Origin: Halogeometricum borinquense DSM 11551
Lineage (GTDB): Archaea > Halobacteriota > Halobacteria > Halobacteriales > Haloferacaceae
Assembly: GCF_000172995.2 (NCBI RefSeq)
Contig: NC_014729.1
Span: forward strand, 2,580,001-2,612,000
DNA length: 32,000 nucleotides
Direction: 5' to 3'
The number at the start of each line of letters is the position of its first letter. Position 1 is the stretch's first letter. The notes beneath the pieces are model-generated. The model saw nothing but the letters and a program-made list of their open reading frames with translations. It made no database searches and was not told the origin of the DNA. This document shows positions 22,486 to 32,000 of this stretch, in pieces. A program made the translations under genes and the position numbers.

Positions 22486-24432
22486 ATGGTCACACCCGCA
22501 GACGAAGACGATCCTTTCGAGGACCAGCGGGAAAACGTCGAGAACCCAATGCGGCGACTGTTCTCCGAGTACGGCCGCGACAATACGTTCGCGTTCGTGA
22601 TTGGACTCCTCTCCAGCGTCGTCGCTCGACTCCTCGACCTGATGCCGCCCGTCCTCCTCACGCTCGCCGTGGACTCCATCTTCCTCGGGGAACGAGACTT
22701 CAGCATCTGGTTGATTCCGGATGCATGGCTTCCGACAACGAAGTTGGGCGAACTGTATCTCTCGACTGGACTCATCGCCTTCGCCTTCTTCGGCGGCGCA
22801 GCGTTCCACTGGACGCGTAACTGGGGCTGGAACTCCTTCGCACAGAACATCCAGCACGCCGTCCGGACGGACACGTACGACAAGATGCAACGGCTCAACA
22901 TGGACTTCTTCGCCGACAAACAGACCGGCGAGATGATGTCCATCCTCTCGAACGACGTGAACCGCTTAGAGCGGTTCCTCAACGACGGGATGAACTCGGC
23001 GTTCCGCCTCGGCGTGATGGTCATCGGCATCGCCGCAATCCTCCTCTACTGGAACTGGCAACTCGCCATCGTCACTCTCCTCGTCGTTCCCCTCATCGGC
23101 TATTTCACCTACCGGTTCATCCAGACGATTCAACCGAAGTACGCCGACGTTCGCTCCTCTGTTGGCCGGGTGAACTCCCGACTGGAGAACAATCTCGGCG
23201 GGATTCAGGTCATCAAAACCTCGAACACCGAGTCGTTCGAGTCCGACCGCGTCGAGGACGTCTCGCAGGACTACTTCGACGCCAACTGGGACGCCATCGG
23301 CACCCGCATCAAGTTCTTCCCGGCGCTTCGCGTCATGGCGGGCGTCGGCTTCGTCCTCACGTTCGTCGTCGGCGGCGTCTGGGTGCACACGTACCAGACG
23401 ACCGGTTCGGCGCCCCTGTTCTTCAGCGGCGCACTCACCCCTGGCGAGTTCGTCGGCTTCATCCTCTTTACCCAGCGGTTCATCTGGCCGATGGCGCAGT
23501 TCGGGCAGATTATCAACATGTACCAGCGCGCCTACGCCTCCAGCGCGCGCATCTTCGGCCTCATGGACGAACCCTCGCGCATCGAGGAGGATCCCAACGC
23601 CGACGAACTCGTCGTGGATGACGGTGAGGTCGTCTACGACGACGTGACGTTCGGCTACGACGACGGCGAAACCATCGTCGAAGACATCTCGTTCGACGTT
23701 GACGGCGGCGAGACGCTGGCGCTCGTCGGCCCGACTGGTGCCGGTAAATCGACCGTCCTGAAACTCCTCATGCGGATGTACGACGTTGACGAGGGCTCTA
23801 TCGAGATTGACGGGACCGACATCCGAGACGTGACCATCCCGAGTCTCCGGCAGGCCATCGGCTACGTGAGTCAGGACACGTTCATGTTCTACGGGACAGT
23901 CGAGGAGAATATTCGGTACGGGACGTTCGATGCCGCACAGGAGGACGTTGTGGAAGCCGCGAAAGCCGCCGAAGCGCACGACTTCATCCAGAACCTTCCG
24001 GACGGCTACGACACCGAAATCGGTGAACGCGGTGTGAAACTCTCCGGCGGCCAGCGACAACGTCTCTCCATCGCTCGGGCCATCCTGAAAGACCCCGAAA
24101 TTCTCGTCTTGGACGAGGCCACCTCCGACGTGGACACCGAGACAGAGATGCTTATCCAACGCTCCTTGGACCGTCTTACCGAGGATCGAACGACATTCAG
24201 CATCGCTCACCGCCTCTCGACGATCAAAGACGCAGACCAGATCATCGTCCTCGAAGATGGCCGCGTTGTCGAACGCGGCGGCCACGACGACCTCCTCGCG
24301 GAAGATGGTCTCTATGCGCACCTGTGGGGTGTGCAAGCGGGCGAGATAGACGAACTGCCCGAGGAGTTCATCGAACGTGCGAGTCGTCGTGCCTCGCGGA
24401 CACCGGTCGAACCCGAGTCTGACGACGACTGA
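22486..24432 (+). CDS. ABC transporter, fused permease/ATPase (MsbA/multidrug-export type)
   Basis: N-terminal six-helix TMD. Walker A GPTGAGKST, signature LSGGQRQRLSIARA, Walker B ILVLDEATSDVD, H-loop ..IAHRLST... Confidence 0.92.
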   Translation: MVTPADEDDPFEDQRENVENPMRRLFSEYGRDNTFAFVIGLLSSVVARLLDLMPPVLLTLAVDSIFLGERDFSIWLIPDAWLPTTKLGELYLSTGLIAFAFFGGAAFHWTRNWGWNSFAQNIQHAVRTDTYDKMQRLNMDFFADKQTGEMMSILSNDVNRLERFLNDGMNSAFRLGVMVIGIAAILLYWNWQLAIVTLLVVPLIGYFTYRFIQTIQPKYADVRSSVGRVNSRLENNLGGIQVIKTSNTESFESDRVEDVSQDYFDANWDAIGTRIKFFPALRVMAGVGFVLTFVVGGVWVHTYQTTGSAPLFFSGALTPGEFVGFILFTQRFIWPMAQFGQIINMYQRAYASSARIFGLMDEPSRIEEDPNADELVVDDGEVVYDDVTFGYDDGETIVEDISFDVDGGETLALVGPTGAGKSTVLKLLMRMYDVDEGSIEIDGTDIRDVTIPSLRQAIGYVSQDTFMFYGTVEENIRYGTFDAAQEDVVEAAKAAEAHDFIQNLPDGYDTEIGERGVKLSGGQRQRLSIARAILKDPEILVLDEATSDVDTETEMLIQRSLDRLTEDRTTFSIAHRLSTIKDADQIIVLEDGRVVERGGHDDLLAEDGLYAHLWGVQAGEIDELPEEFIERASRRASRTPVEPESDDD

Positions 24433-24494
24433 GCGAAGCGGAAGTACCAGACAAACCCCGTCGGTTACAAGCGACTCCAACTCGCAGGGCGAGT

Positions 24495-25241
24495 ATGCGA
24501 CTCTCCGAGGCCACGTGGACGGACGTATCGGACCTCGCAGGCGAGACGAACCTTGCGTTTCTCCCCGTTGGAAGTACCGAACAACACGGCCCGCACGCGC
24601 CGCTCGGAACGGACGCGTTCACCGCCGAAGCCGTCGCAGACGCCGGCTCCGAGGCGTACGACGGCGAGGTTGTCGTCGCGCCGACACTCCCCATCGGTGT
24701 CGCCGCCGAACACCGACAGTTCCCGGGGACGCTGTGGCTCTCACCCGATACCTTCCGCGACACGGTCCGTGAGACAGTTGCCAGTCTCGCCTCCCACGGA
24801 TTCGACCGCGTCGTCGTCGTCAACGGACACGGCGGCAACACCGACGCGCTTCGGGAGGTTACGGGAACGATAACGCGCGAAGACGACGCGTACGCCGTCG
24901 CGTTCACGTGGTTCGAGGCTGTCGGAGAGCACTCCTCGAAGATGGGGCACGGCGGGCCGCTGGAGACAGCGTTACTCCGCCACGTCGCACCCGAGTCAGT
25001 ACGAGAGGAACGAATCGAGACAGCGCGAGAGGGCGGCGCGGACCGGTGGGGAGACTGGGTATCGAAGGTTAACCTCGCGCACGACTCTGCGGAGTTCACA
25101 GCGAACGGCGTCGTGGGCGACCCGTCGGCCGGCGATGCTGAACTGGGCGAGGAACTGTTAGAACTGGCGTCGGCGTCGCTGGCGCGTCTCGCAGCGGCCG
25201 TCGCGGAGCGAGACGTATCACGACCTGCACGGCGGGAGTGA
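24495..25241 (+). CDS. creatininase-family amidohydrolase (possibly the archaeal ArfB-type formamide hydrolase)
   Basis: ..LPVGSTEQHGPHAPLGTD.. and ..VVVNGHGGN.. are creatininase-family motifs. The specific substrate is not inferable from sequence alone. Confidence 0.8.
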   Translation: MRLSEATWTDVSDLAGETNLAFLPVGSTEQHGPHAPLGTDAFTAEAVADAGSEAYDGEVVVAPTLPIGVAAEHRQFPGTLWLSPDTFRDTVRETVASLASHGFDRVVVVNGHGGNTDALREVTGTITREDDAYAVAFTWFEAVGEHSSKMGHGGPLETALLRHVAPESVREERIETAREGGADRWGDWVSKVNLAHDSAEFTANGVVGDPSAGDAELGEELLELASASLARLAAAVAERDVSRPARRE

Positions 25242-25272
25242 AGTCAGTCGCTCAGGGTTGTCGTCGGGAAGA

Positions 25273-25767
25273 TTAGTCGTCGGCTTCTGCCTCGTCGGCC
25301 GTGTCGTCGGCGTCAGCGTCGGATTCCTCGGTATCCTCGTCGGTGTCGGCTTCCGATTCGGCCGCGTCTACGGCGTCTGCAGCGTCCTGCAACTGACTCC
25401 GCAGTTGCGGCATCGTGCTGGTGAGTTCACCGACGAGGTCGCCCGCGTCACCGAGCGTTTCGAGTAGTTCTTCGACCGACGCGATTTCCTCCTCCAGATC
25501 GTCGGCGTCGTCGAACGCCTCGGCGCGCTGGCCGATGATGAACGTCTTCTTGGCCTGACGGAGGTTGTCCTCGGCGTCACCCACGTCGAGCGAGGAGCGA
25601 AGGCCGTTGAGGACACCGAGAATATTGTCGGCTTCGGCGGACCAGACGGTGTCAGCATCCGGTAGTTCCTCGCGGGCGGCATCGAGGTGTTCTTCGACCT
25701 CCGCGCGCATCTCCTCAGCAGCCTCTCCGAACAGGTCGTCATCAGCGAGTGTGCTCTGGCTACTCAT
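25273..25767 (-). CDS. very acidic conserved haloarchaeal hypothetical protein (possibly DUF5790)
   Basis: A 164-aa helical, D/E-rich ORF with a poly-acidic tail. The family assignment is from memory only. Confidence 0.5.
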   Translation of the reverse strand: MSSQSTLADDDLFGEAAEEMRAEVEEHLDAAREELPDADTVWSAEADNILGVLNGLRSSLDVGDAEDNLRQAKKTFIIGQRAEAFDDADDLEEEIASVEELLETLGDAGDLVGELTSTMPQLRSQLQDAADAVDAAESEADTDEDTEESDADADDTADEAEADD

Positions 25768-25852
25768 ATCGGTGGCTTCGGCGCGAGATGGTTTAAATAC
25801 ATGCCCAAAAGTGAAAGTGAAATCTGGTTCGATGGGCGGTCTCCGGTGGGAA

Positions 25853-26197
25853 TCACTCCTCGACGGAGACCAGTTTCATCAGGGGGTATCCGTCCTCCAT
25901 CTCCATCTTAGTCTGGACTGCCGTCCCCTCGTACTCGATGTCCATCTCCACGTCGAGAAAGCGGCCTGTCAGTTCCGTGTAGTCGGCCGTCGCGTCTTCG
26001 AGAGCCGCTTCGAGTTCATCGCGTCGGATGGTGACGCGCACGGCCTCGCAGTACGGCTGATTCGCTATCGACTCTTCGATTGCGCGCGCGAGGCTGTCCG
26101 CGCTTTCGGGACTCACGGGCGTCCCGGCGAACTGGTGGTAGAGCGATCCGAACTTGATTCCCGCCTCGAAACAGGCATTTTGGGCGTCCGTGGGCAT
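25853..26197 (-). CDS. archaeal dihydroneopterin aldolase-family protein (MptD-like)
   Basis: ..FEAGIKFGSLYHQFAGTPVSPES.. matches my recollection of the MptD/PF04038 family. The start is taken at MPTDAQN (ATG 26197). Confidence 0.6.
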   Translation of the reverse strand: MPTDAQNACFEAGIKFGSLYHQFAGTPVSPESADSLARAIEESIANQPYCEAVRVTIRRDELEAALEDATADYTELTGRFLDVEMDIEYEGTAVQTKMEMEDGYPLMKLVSVEE

Positions 26198-26337
26198 GGA
26201 TAATAGTCCGACGGAGCGGTGATAGTCGTGTCGTCTCGCCGTGTACTGCGACGCGGCGAGGGGCGACACGACCCGGAGCGATGCGGAGCGACGCGAATCG
26301 GATATTTCTTAGCCGTCCTTCGCACAGTATTCACCGA

Positions 26338-27102
26338 ATGGACGAACCGGTTCTGTTGACTGGGGCGGGCGGACGTGTCGGACAGGCGATTCTCCGACAC
26401 CTCGGTGACCGGTTCGAGTGGCGATTGCTCGACCGGGAACCGCTTGGGGCAGAGAAACGTCCAGACGGGGTTGGCGAGGAGGACGTGTACGTGACCGACA
26501 TCACCGACGAGGAAGCGGTCGAAGCGGCGATGGACGGTGTGTACGCCGTTATCCATCTCGCGGGCGACCCGCGTCCGGAAGCGCCGTGGGACAGCGTCCT
26601 CCGAAACAACATCGACGGGACGCACACCATCTTCGAGGCGGCCGTCGATGCAGGTGTCGAGAAAATCGCGTTCGCATCCTCGAACCACGCTGTTGGCGCG
26701 TACGAGACCGACGAACGAACGCCCGAGATGTATCGACCGGAAGACGGGTTCCGACTGGACGGAACGGAACTCCCGCATCCGAGCAATCTCTACGGCGTGA
26801 GCAAAGCGACGGGCGAGGTGTTGGGACGTTACTACTACGACCACCACGACCTCTCCGTCGTCAACGTTCGCATCGGAAACCTCACCGAGGGCCACCCGCC
26901 AATTGATTACGAACGCGGGCAGGCGATGTGGCTCTCCTACCGCGACTGCGCGCACCTGTTCGAGCGGTGTGTCCTCGCGGACTACGACTACGAAATCGTC
27001 TACGGTATCTCCGACAACGACCGCAAGTACTACTCCATCGAACGCGCACGAGAGGTGCTGGGGTACGATCCGGTAGATAACTCCGCCGAACACGAAGACT
27101 AA
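26338..27102 (+). CDS. NAD-dependent epimerase/dehydratase family (extended SDR) oxidoreductase
   Basis: Rossmann motif LLTGAGGRVG, ..FASSNH.. and catalytic YGVSK. Confidence 0.8.
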   Translation: MDEPVLLTGAGGRVGQAILRHLGDRFEWRLLDREPLGAEKRPDGVGEEDVYVTDITDEEAVEAAMDGVYAVIHLAGDPRPEAPWDSVLRNNIDGTHTIFEAAVDAGVEKIAFASSNHAVGAYETDERTPEMYRPEDGFRLDGTELPHPSNLYGVSKATGEVLGRYYYDHHDLSVVNVRIGNLTEGHPPIDYERGQAMWLSYRDCAHLFERCVLADYDYEIVYGISDNDRKYYSIERAREVLGYDPVDNSAEHED

Positions 27103-27178
27103 TCGGAGAATACACGAAGACCGAGCGACGCGATCACAAGCCGAACGACGAAATCAGTCGGACGTATCCGCGACGAAA

Positions 27179-27799
27179 TCAGTCGAACAAATCCGACACG
27201 TCGTCTTCCCGACTGCGGCGTCGCCCGACGTGCTGTTCGAGTCGCTGATAGATGAGACTGCGCTGGTCGCGGTCACCGACGAACTCGAACAGCAGAGCGA
27301 CGAACCGCGTCACTGCCGCACCCGACTCCACTTCTTCGCGGCCGTACGTCGCGGCATCAGCGATTACGTCCTCCTCGAATCGTTCTGAATCCGCGGCGAC
27401 GATTGCCGCCGCATCGGTGATTCCCTCGAACGAGAGATCGTCCGCGCGAACGACGGTGCCGTCGAGAGTCAACGGGACGGGCGGCGCCCGCTCACCGAAC
27501 TCCGGGTCGGCGGCCAGTCGGTCGAGATACGTGCGGACGCCGCCGACGTTGACAGTCCGGTAATCGGGTGGGAGCGCGGCGAGATACTCGCTCGCGCTCG
27601 TCGCCAGACCCTGCGCACCGCTCCAGTTTCGGTTGCGGACGTGATGTACCGCCGCCGTGTACTGGATAAGTCCGTGAAGCAGTCGCTCGTCGGCCGTGTC
27701 ATCCTCGAGTGCCAACCACTCGTCCTCCCACGCGTCGTGGGCGGCGTGGTAGTCGCCTGCGTTGAACACTGCCGCGCCGACGCGGAGAGTCCGCTCCAT
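27179..27799 (-). CDS. DUF309 domain protein
   Basis: ..FNAGDYHAAHDAWEDEW......LLHGLIQ..AA.H.. is the DUF309 signature. Confidence 0.75.
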   Translation of the reverse strand: MERTLRVGAAVFNAGDYHAAHDAWEDEWLALEDDTADERLLHGLIQYTAAVHHVRNRNWSGAQGLATSASEYLAALPPDYRTVNVGGVRTYLDRLAADPEFGERAPPVPLTLDGTVVRADDLSFEGITDAAAIVAADSERFEEDVIADAATYGREEVESGAAVTRFVALLFEFVGDRDQRSLIYQRLEQHVGRRRSREDDVSDLFD

Positions 27800-28000
27800 A
27801 TTCGTACGACAACGCTCCGGGAATAAAGATGCTGTCAGCCGATCCGCGGCTCAGTATCTCGGATGCGATGAATCGAGTGCAACGAATCGTGGCGTGAACC
27901 GAGTACGGCGATTCGAGCGGAAATTCTGACCGCATTGAGAAGGTTTGTCGAAGGTAGCTTTCGGCAATGGTCGATAACTATTTGGGGTGAACGATAACGC

Positions 28001-28010
28001 TTTTTTGATA
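28001..28010 (+). promoter_or_regulatory. TATA-like box for citrate synthase (leaderless spacing)
   Basis: ttttttgata is centred about 26 nt upstream of the ATG at 28031. Confidence 0.45.
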
Positions 28011-28030
28011 CCGATGGGAACCTGATTGGT

Positions 28031-29170
28031 ATGTCAGACGACCTGAAGCGGGGTCTAGAAGGCGTTCTCGTTGCGGAATCCGAGCTGAGCTACATCGACG
28101 GGGACGCCGGACAGCTCGTGTATCGGGGCCACACTATCGAGGACCTCGCCCGGAACGCTTCGTACGAAGAAGTCGTCTACCTCCTTTGGCACGGAGAGTT
28201 ACCGACACGTGAACAGTTGGACGAATTCTCGACAGCGATGGCGGAAGAGCGCGAACTCGACGACGCCGTACTCGACGAGATTCGCGCGCTTGCGGCGGCG
28301 GACGAGGTGCCGATGGCGGCGTTGCGGACCATCGTCTCGTCGCTCTCGGCGTACGACGACGACGCGGACCACGAGGATGTGACGGACCTCAAGACGAACA
28401 TCAAGAAGGGATGTCGTATCACGGCGAAGATTCCGACAGCGTTGGCGGCGTTCAATCGCCTGCGAAATGGCGAAGACGTTGTGCATCCGCGAACGGACCT
28501 CAGCCACGCGGCGAACTTCCTCTACATGCTCAACGGCGAAGAGCCGGACGACGTGCTCGCGGAGACGTTCGATATGGCACTCGTCCTGCACGCCGATCAC
28601 GGCCTGAACGCTTCGACGTTCTCGGCGATGGTGACGGCTTCGACGCTCTCGGACCTCCACAGTGCGGTCACGTCGGCAATCGGCACCCTCGCAGGGTCGC
28701 TCCACGGCGGTGCGAACGCGAACGTGATGCGGATGCTCAAAGAGATCGACGAAAGCGACAAAGACCCCACCCAATGGGTCGAGGACGCCCTCGAAAGCGG
28801 CCGTCGCGTCCCCGGGTTCGGTCACCGCGTCTACAACGTGAAGGACCCGCGTGCGAAGATTCTCGGCGAGAAGTCCGAAGCGCTCGGCGAGGCGGCTGGT
28901 GACATGAAGTGGTACGATTACTCCGTCGCCATCGAAGACTACATCGGCGAGGAGAAGGGTCTCGCGCCGAATGTGGACTTCTACTCCGCATCGACGTACT
29001 ACCAGATGGGTATTCCGGTCGATATCTACACGCCCATCTTCGCCATGTCGCGCGTCGGCGGATGGATTGCGCACGTCATCGAACAGTTCGAGGACAACCG
29101 TCTGATCCGGCCGCGAGCGCGCTACGTCGGGAGGGAAGACCAGACGTTCACTCCCATCGACGAGCGATAG
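28031..29170 (+). CDS. citZ: citrate synthase
   Basis: ..LEGV.VAES.LSYIDG..G.L.YRG..I.DLA.., ..GSLHGGAN.. and ..PGFGHRVY.. are citrate synthase motifs. Confidence 0.93.
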   Translation: MSDDLKRGLEGVLVAESELSYIDGDAGQLVYRGHTIEDLARNASYEEVVYLLWHGELPTREQLDEFSTAMAEERELDDAVLDEIRALAAADEVPMAALRTIVSSLSAYDDDADHEDVTDLKTNIKKGCRITAKIPTALAAFNRLRNGEDVVHPRTDLSHAANFLYMLNGEEPDDVLAETFDMALVLHADHGLNASTFSAMVTASTLSDLHSAVTSAIGTLAGSLHGGANANVMRMLKEIDESDKDPTQWVEDALESGRRVPGFGHRVYNVKDPRAKILGEKSEALGEAAGDMKWYDYSVAIEDYIGEEKGLAPNVDFYSASTYYQMGIPVDIYTPIFAMSRVGGWIAHVIEQFEDNRLIRPRARYVGREDQTFTPIDER

Positions 29171-29316
29171 GCGGCGATAGTCGCGGACGGACAACGGATT
29201 TGACACCGTTTTTGCGGAATCCATCTGTAGCAGCAGTTCGCTCGGCGATTCGCGCGACGATTCTATTTTCGGAAAAGACCGGAAGCGGAACAGTACTCCG
29301 ACGCGTACCGGGAATC

Positions 29317-29733
29317 ATGTCGTCGTTCTTCGTCTACGGAACGCTGACGGACGCCGAGCGGGTGGACAGTCTTCTCGACGACTGGTCGTACGGACCGACA
29401 GTCGAACTCGACGGACTCCACCGTGTAGAGGGACGCTACCCGACGCTGGCACCCGGTGGATCGGTCCACGGTCGAATCCTCCGGACCGACGACGTGGCGA
29501 CGCTCGACGAGTACGAAGGCGTCGCCTCCGGATTGTACATCCGTGTCGAAGTCCCCCGGGACGACGGGGGAGAGGCGTTCGTCTATGTGGGTGATGCCGC
29601 CCGACTCGACGCCGACGCCGAGTGGCCCGGATCTGGCCCTCTTCGAACGCGCGTCACCCAGTATCTCGACGCGAACAGAGCCATAATCAAACCGATAGAA
29701 TCGGGAGACGACAAGCGACAGACGGGCGTCTGA
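29317..29733 (+). CDS. gamma-glutamylcyclotransferase (AIG2/GGACT-like) family protein
   Basis: MSSFFVYGTL.., ..LDEYEGV..GLY.R.. are present. The upstream part of track ORF 28909.. merely overlaps the citZ 3' end in another frame. Confidence 0.75.
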   Translation: MSSFFVYGTLTDAERVDSLLDDWSYGPTVELDGLHRVEGRYPTLAPGGSVHGRILRTDDVATLDEYEGVASGLYIRVEVPRDDGGEAFVYVGDAARLDADAEWPGSGPLRTRVTQYLDANRAIIKPIESGDDKRQTGV

Positions 29734-29958
29734 CGCCATATTCATGTCGCCGCCGTCTTGCGTTTTTACTTTCACCGCGCCTGCAGGACGTTTATGTATC
29801 ATCCGAACAGTAGGGTAACTGCACGTCACACGCGTGCATTCCCCCCTTTCAACTTCTCCTGACGCGAAGCGTTGCGATTCGCAGTCAACGGTGCATAAAT
29901 TGTAACGGTCGAAAGTGTAATCCGAACGCTTACCCGGTACGGCGCGGAAGCGCGGCGT

Positions 29959-31170
29959 ATGATTTCGCTCGCTGATATCGAGGCGGCCCGAGACCGCATC
30001 GACGGGGTTGCAAAACACACACCGCTCGACTACTCACACACATTCACCGAGATGACCGGTGCGTCAGTCCACCTGAAACTGGAGAACCACCAGCGCACTG
30101 GGTCGTTCAAGATTCGCGGCGCAATGAACCGCATCACGACGCTCTCGGAGGCGGAAAAAGAGGCCGGCGTGGTAACCGCGAGTGCGGGGAACCACGCGCA
30201 GGGCGTCGCTCTCGCCGCCACTCGGGCGGGTGTCGATTCGAAGGTCGTGATGCCCGAACACGCACCGATCTCGAAAGTGAAGGCGACCCGGCGGTACGGC
30301 GCTGAAACGGTTCTGTACGGGGCGGACTACGACGAGGCCCAGCAACGTGCCCACGAGATAGAAGACGAGGAGAACCGAACCTACGTCCACGCGTTCGACG
30401 ACGAGTACGTGATGGCCGGGCAGGGAACTATCGGCCTCGAAATCGTCGATGACTGTCCGGATGTCGAGACGGTTGTCGTCCCCATCGGCGGCGGCGGCCT
30501 CATCTCCGGCATCTCCACGGCGGTGAAAGAACAACTGTCCGACGTGCGCGTCATCGGCGTCGAAGCGGAGGGTGCATCGAGCGTCGCCACCTCGTTGCAG
30601 AAGGGTTCGGTACACGAACTCGACAGCGTGAACACCATCGCCGACGGCATCGCCACGCGCCGCGTCGGCGACAAGCCGTTCGAGGTCATCGAAAAGTACG
30701 TAGACGAAGTTGTGACCGTCTCCGACGAGGAAATCGCCGTCACGCTCACGTACCTCCTCGAACGCTCGAAGACGCTCGTCGAAGGCGCGGGTGCCGTCGC
30801 GCTCGCCGCTCTCCTCTTCGAGAAGTTCGACTTCACGAAAGACGAAGTCATCGTTCCCGCTCTCTGCGGCGGTAACATCGACATGAACCAACTCACGACC
30901 GTCGTCATGCGCGGTCTCGTGGAGACGGGGCGCTATCTGAAGGTGCGGACGGTGTTGAAAGACCAACCCGGCGCGCTTCACGACCTACTGACGATCATCG
31001 CGGAGGAACAGGCGAACATTTACGCCATCCGTCACGACCGGACCTCCCGGGAAATCGGGATGAACGAGACGGACGTGGAACTCGACTTGGAGACGCGCGG
31101 TCACGACCACGTCGAGACGTTACTGTCGGCGCTCCGCGAGAAGGGCTACCGCGTGGACGTACTCGTCTAA
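29959..31170 (+). CDS. ilvA: threonine ammonia-lyase (threonine dehydratase) with a C-terminal ACT-like domain
   Basis: PLP-lysine motif ..TGSFKIRGA.., ..SAGNHAQGVA.. and ..GGGGLISG.., plus a C-terminal ~75-aa regulatory domain. Confidence 0.88.
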   Translation: MISLADIEAARDRIDGVAKHTPLDYSHTFTEMTGASVHLKLENHQRTGSFKIRGAMNRITTLSEAEKEAGVVTASAGNHAQGVALAATRAGVDSKVVMPEHAPISKVKATRRYGAETVLYGADYDEAQQRAHEIEDEENRTYVHAFDDEYVMAGQGTIGLEIVDDCPDVETVVVPIGGGGLISGISTAVKEQLSDVRVIGVEAEGASSVATSLQKGSVHELDSVNTIADGIATRRVGDKPFEVIEKYVDEVVTVSDEEIAVTLTYLLERSKTLVEGAGAVALAALLFEKFDFTKDEVIVPALCGGNIDMNQLTTVVMRGLVETGRYLKVRTVLKDQPGALHDLLTIIAEEQANIYAIRHDRTSREIGMNETDVELDLETRGHDHVETLLSALREKGYRVDVLV

Positions 31171-31216
31171 GATCGTCTCGGGTCGCTAACCACCCTGTAC
31201 GACAACCTGCTCGGAC

Positions 31217-31247
31217 TGATTCATTCTCGACGTGATCATTCTCGACG
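31217..31247 (+). repeat. tandem direct repeat TGAT(T)CATTCTCGACG, two copies, upstream of cydA
   Basis: tgattcattctcgacg (31217-31232) is followed immediately by tgatcattctcgacg (31233-31247), about 140 nt upstream of the cydA ATG. Confidence 0.85.
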
Positions 31248-31383
31248 TGAGACTGCGCTGTCGGCGACCCAGTACCGACGGTTCCCAATAGCTGAGAACC
31301 ATTCATCACCCTTTGTCGCCGTACTCGCTAGAATTATTGAGTGCAGTAGTGGATTTTTCCCACTCGCACGCGACAGACCGCCA

Positions 31384-32000
31384 ATGATAGATCCAGTCAT
31401 CGCTAGTCGACTGCAGTTCGCACTGACGACCATTGTTCACATCATCTTCCCGGTGATGAGTATGGGTCTTGCGCCGTTTCTCGTCTACTTTACGTGGCGT
31501 GAGATACGCTCCGATGACCCGGTGTACGAGCAGTTGCGACGGTTCTGGACGAAGATTTTCGCCGTCTCGTTCGTCGTCGGTACCGTCACGGGCATCGTGT
31601 TGGAGTTCGAGTTCGGGACGAACTTCGCCGCCTTCTCTACGGTGACCGGCGAACTGTTCGGCGGCCCACTCGCCACCGAGGGGATGATGGCGTTCATGCT
31701 GGAAGCGACGTTCCTCGGCGTGTTCGTTTTCGGTCGCGAGAAGGTCTCTGACGCCCTCTACATGGTGTCGGCCGTCGCCGTCGGCCTCGGGACGTGGCTC
31801 TCGGCCGTCTGGATTCTCGTCGCCAACTCGTGGATGCAGACACCGCGCGGGTTCGAGATGGTGACGAAGAACGGCCAATCTATCGTCTCGCTCGTAGATC
31901 CCATCGCCGCCTACGCCAACCCGCGGTTCCCGTGGATGTTCGTCCACATGCAGAACGCCGCCGTCCTCTCGGTCGCGCTGTTCATGGCGGGCATCGCCGC
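31384..32000 (+). CDS. cydA: cytochrome bd-type quinol oxidase subunit I (5' part; continues beyond the window)
   Basis: My translation from the ATG at 31384 is MIDPVIASRLQFALTTIVHIIFPVMSMGLAPFLV...GELFGGPLATEGMMAFMLEATFLGVFVFG.., typical of CydA. The frame stays open to the window end, so it is missing from the ORF track. Confidence 0.85.
   Translation, partial: MIDPVIASRLQFALTTIVHIIFPVMSMGLAPFLVYFTWREIRSDDPVYEQLRRFWTKIFAVSFVVGTVTGIVLEFEFGTNFAAFSTVTGELFGGPLATEGMMAFMLEATFLGVFVFGREKVSDALYMVSAVAVGLGTWLSAVWILVANSWMQTPRGFEMVTKNGQSIVSLVDPIAAYANPRFPWMFVHMQNAAVLSVALFMAGIA

Noticed and set aside
1-32000. Window-wide scan for CRISPR arrays, integrases or transposases, rRNA genes and known defence-system genes.
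   Set aside because: I found no regularly spaced 25-40 nt repeats, no tyrosine or serine recombinase or DDE motifs in any long ORF, and no rRNA-like sequence. The only RNA genes I can support are the two tRNAs.

Overview
The window looks like chromosomal DNA from a halophilic archaeon. It is GC-rich, the proteins are strongly acidic, TATA-like boxes sit about 25-30 nt upstream of start codons (leaderless style), and the gene order resembles Haloferax and its relatives. Most of it is ordinary, densely packed housekeeping sequence. It includes a threonine synthase 3' end, pcm, a zinc-finger protein, an aminopeptidase, and a central-carbon cluster (archaeal type II GAPDH, a metallophosphoesterase, pgk, bacterial-type I GAPDH). 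It also carries hsp20, a RimK-like ATP-grasp gene, uL16 (L10e), a class-I amidotransferase, nucS, csp, a GNAT, an ABC exporter, a creatininase-family gene, an MptD-like gene, an SDR epimerase, citrate synthase, a gamma-glutamylcyclotransferase, threonine dehydratase and the start of cydA. I found no CRISPR array, integrase, transposase or recognisable defence genes.

The unusual part is 18.2-21.5 kb. Two minus-strand tRNA genes, tRNA-Phe(GAA) and tRNA-Val(UAC), bracket a visibly AT-richer patch with three orphan ORFs. Each tRNA is followed in its 3' trailer by truncated copies of its own 3' end, embedded in strong hairpins. Three of these hairpin regions, downstream of two different tRNAs, carry an identical 14-nt core, CTCACTCCGTTCGC. 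I read this as serial integration or recombination scars, or as an undescribed miniature structured element that associates with tRNA T-arms.

Secondary observations:
- a methyltransferase broken by a 1-nt frameshift
- a TrmB-like TACT-N7-GAGT site upstream of the gluconeogenic GAPDH
- a second lower-GC patch with a ParB/Srx-fold orphan
- small direct repeats upstream of cydA and at the threonine synthase stop

The many long antisense ORFs in the track are GC-driven shadow ORFs.
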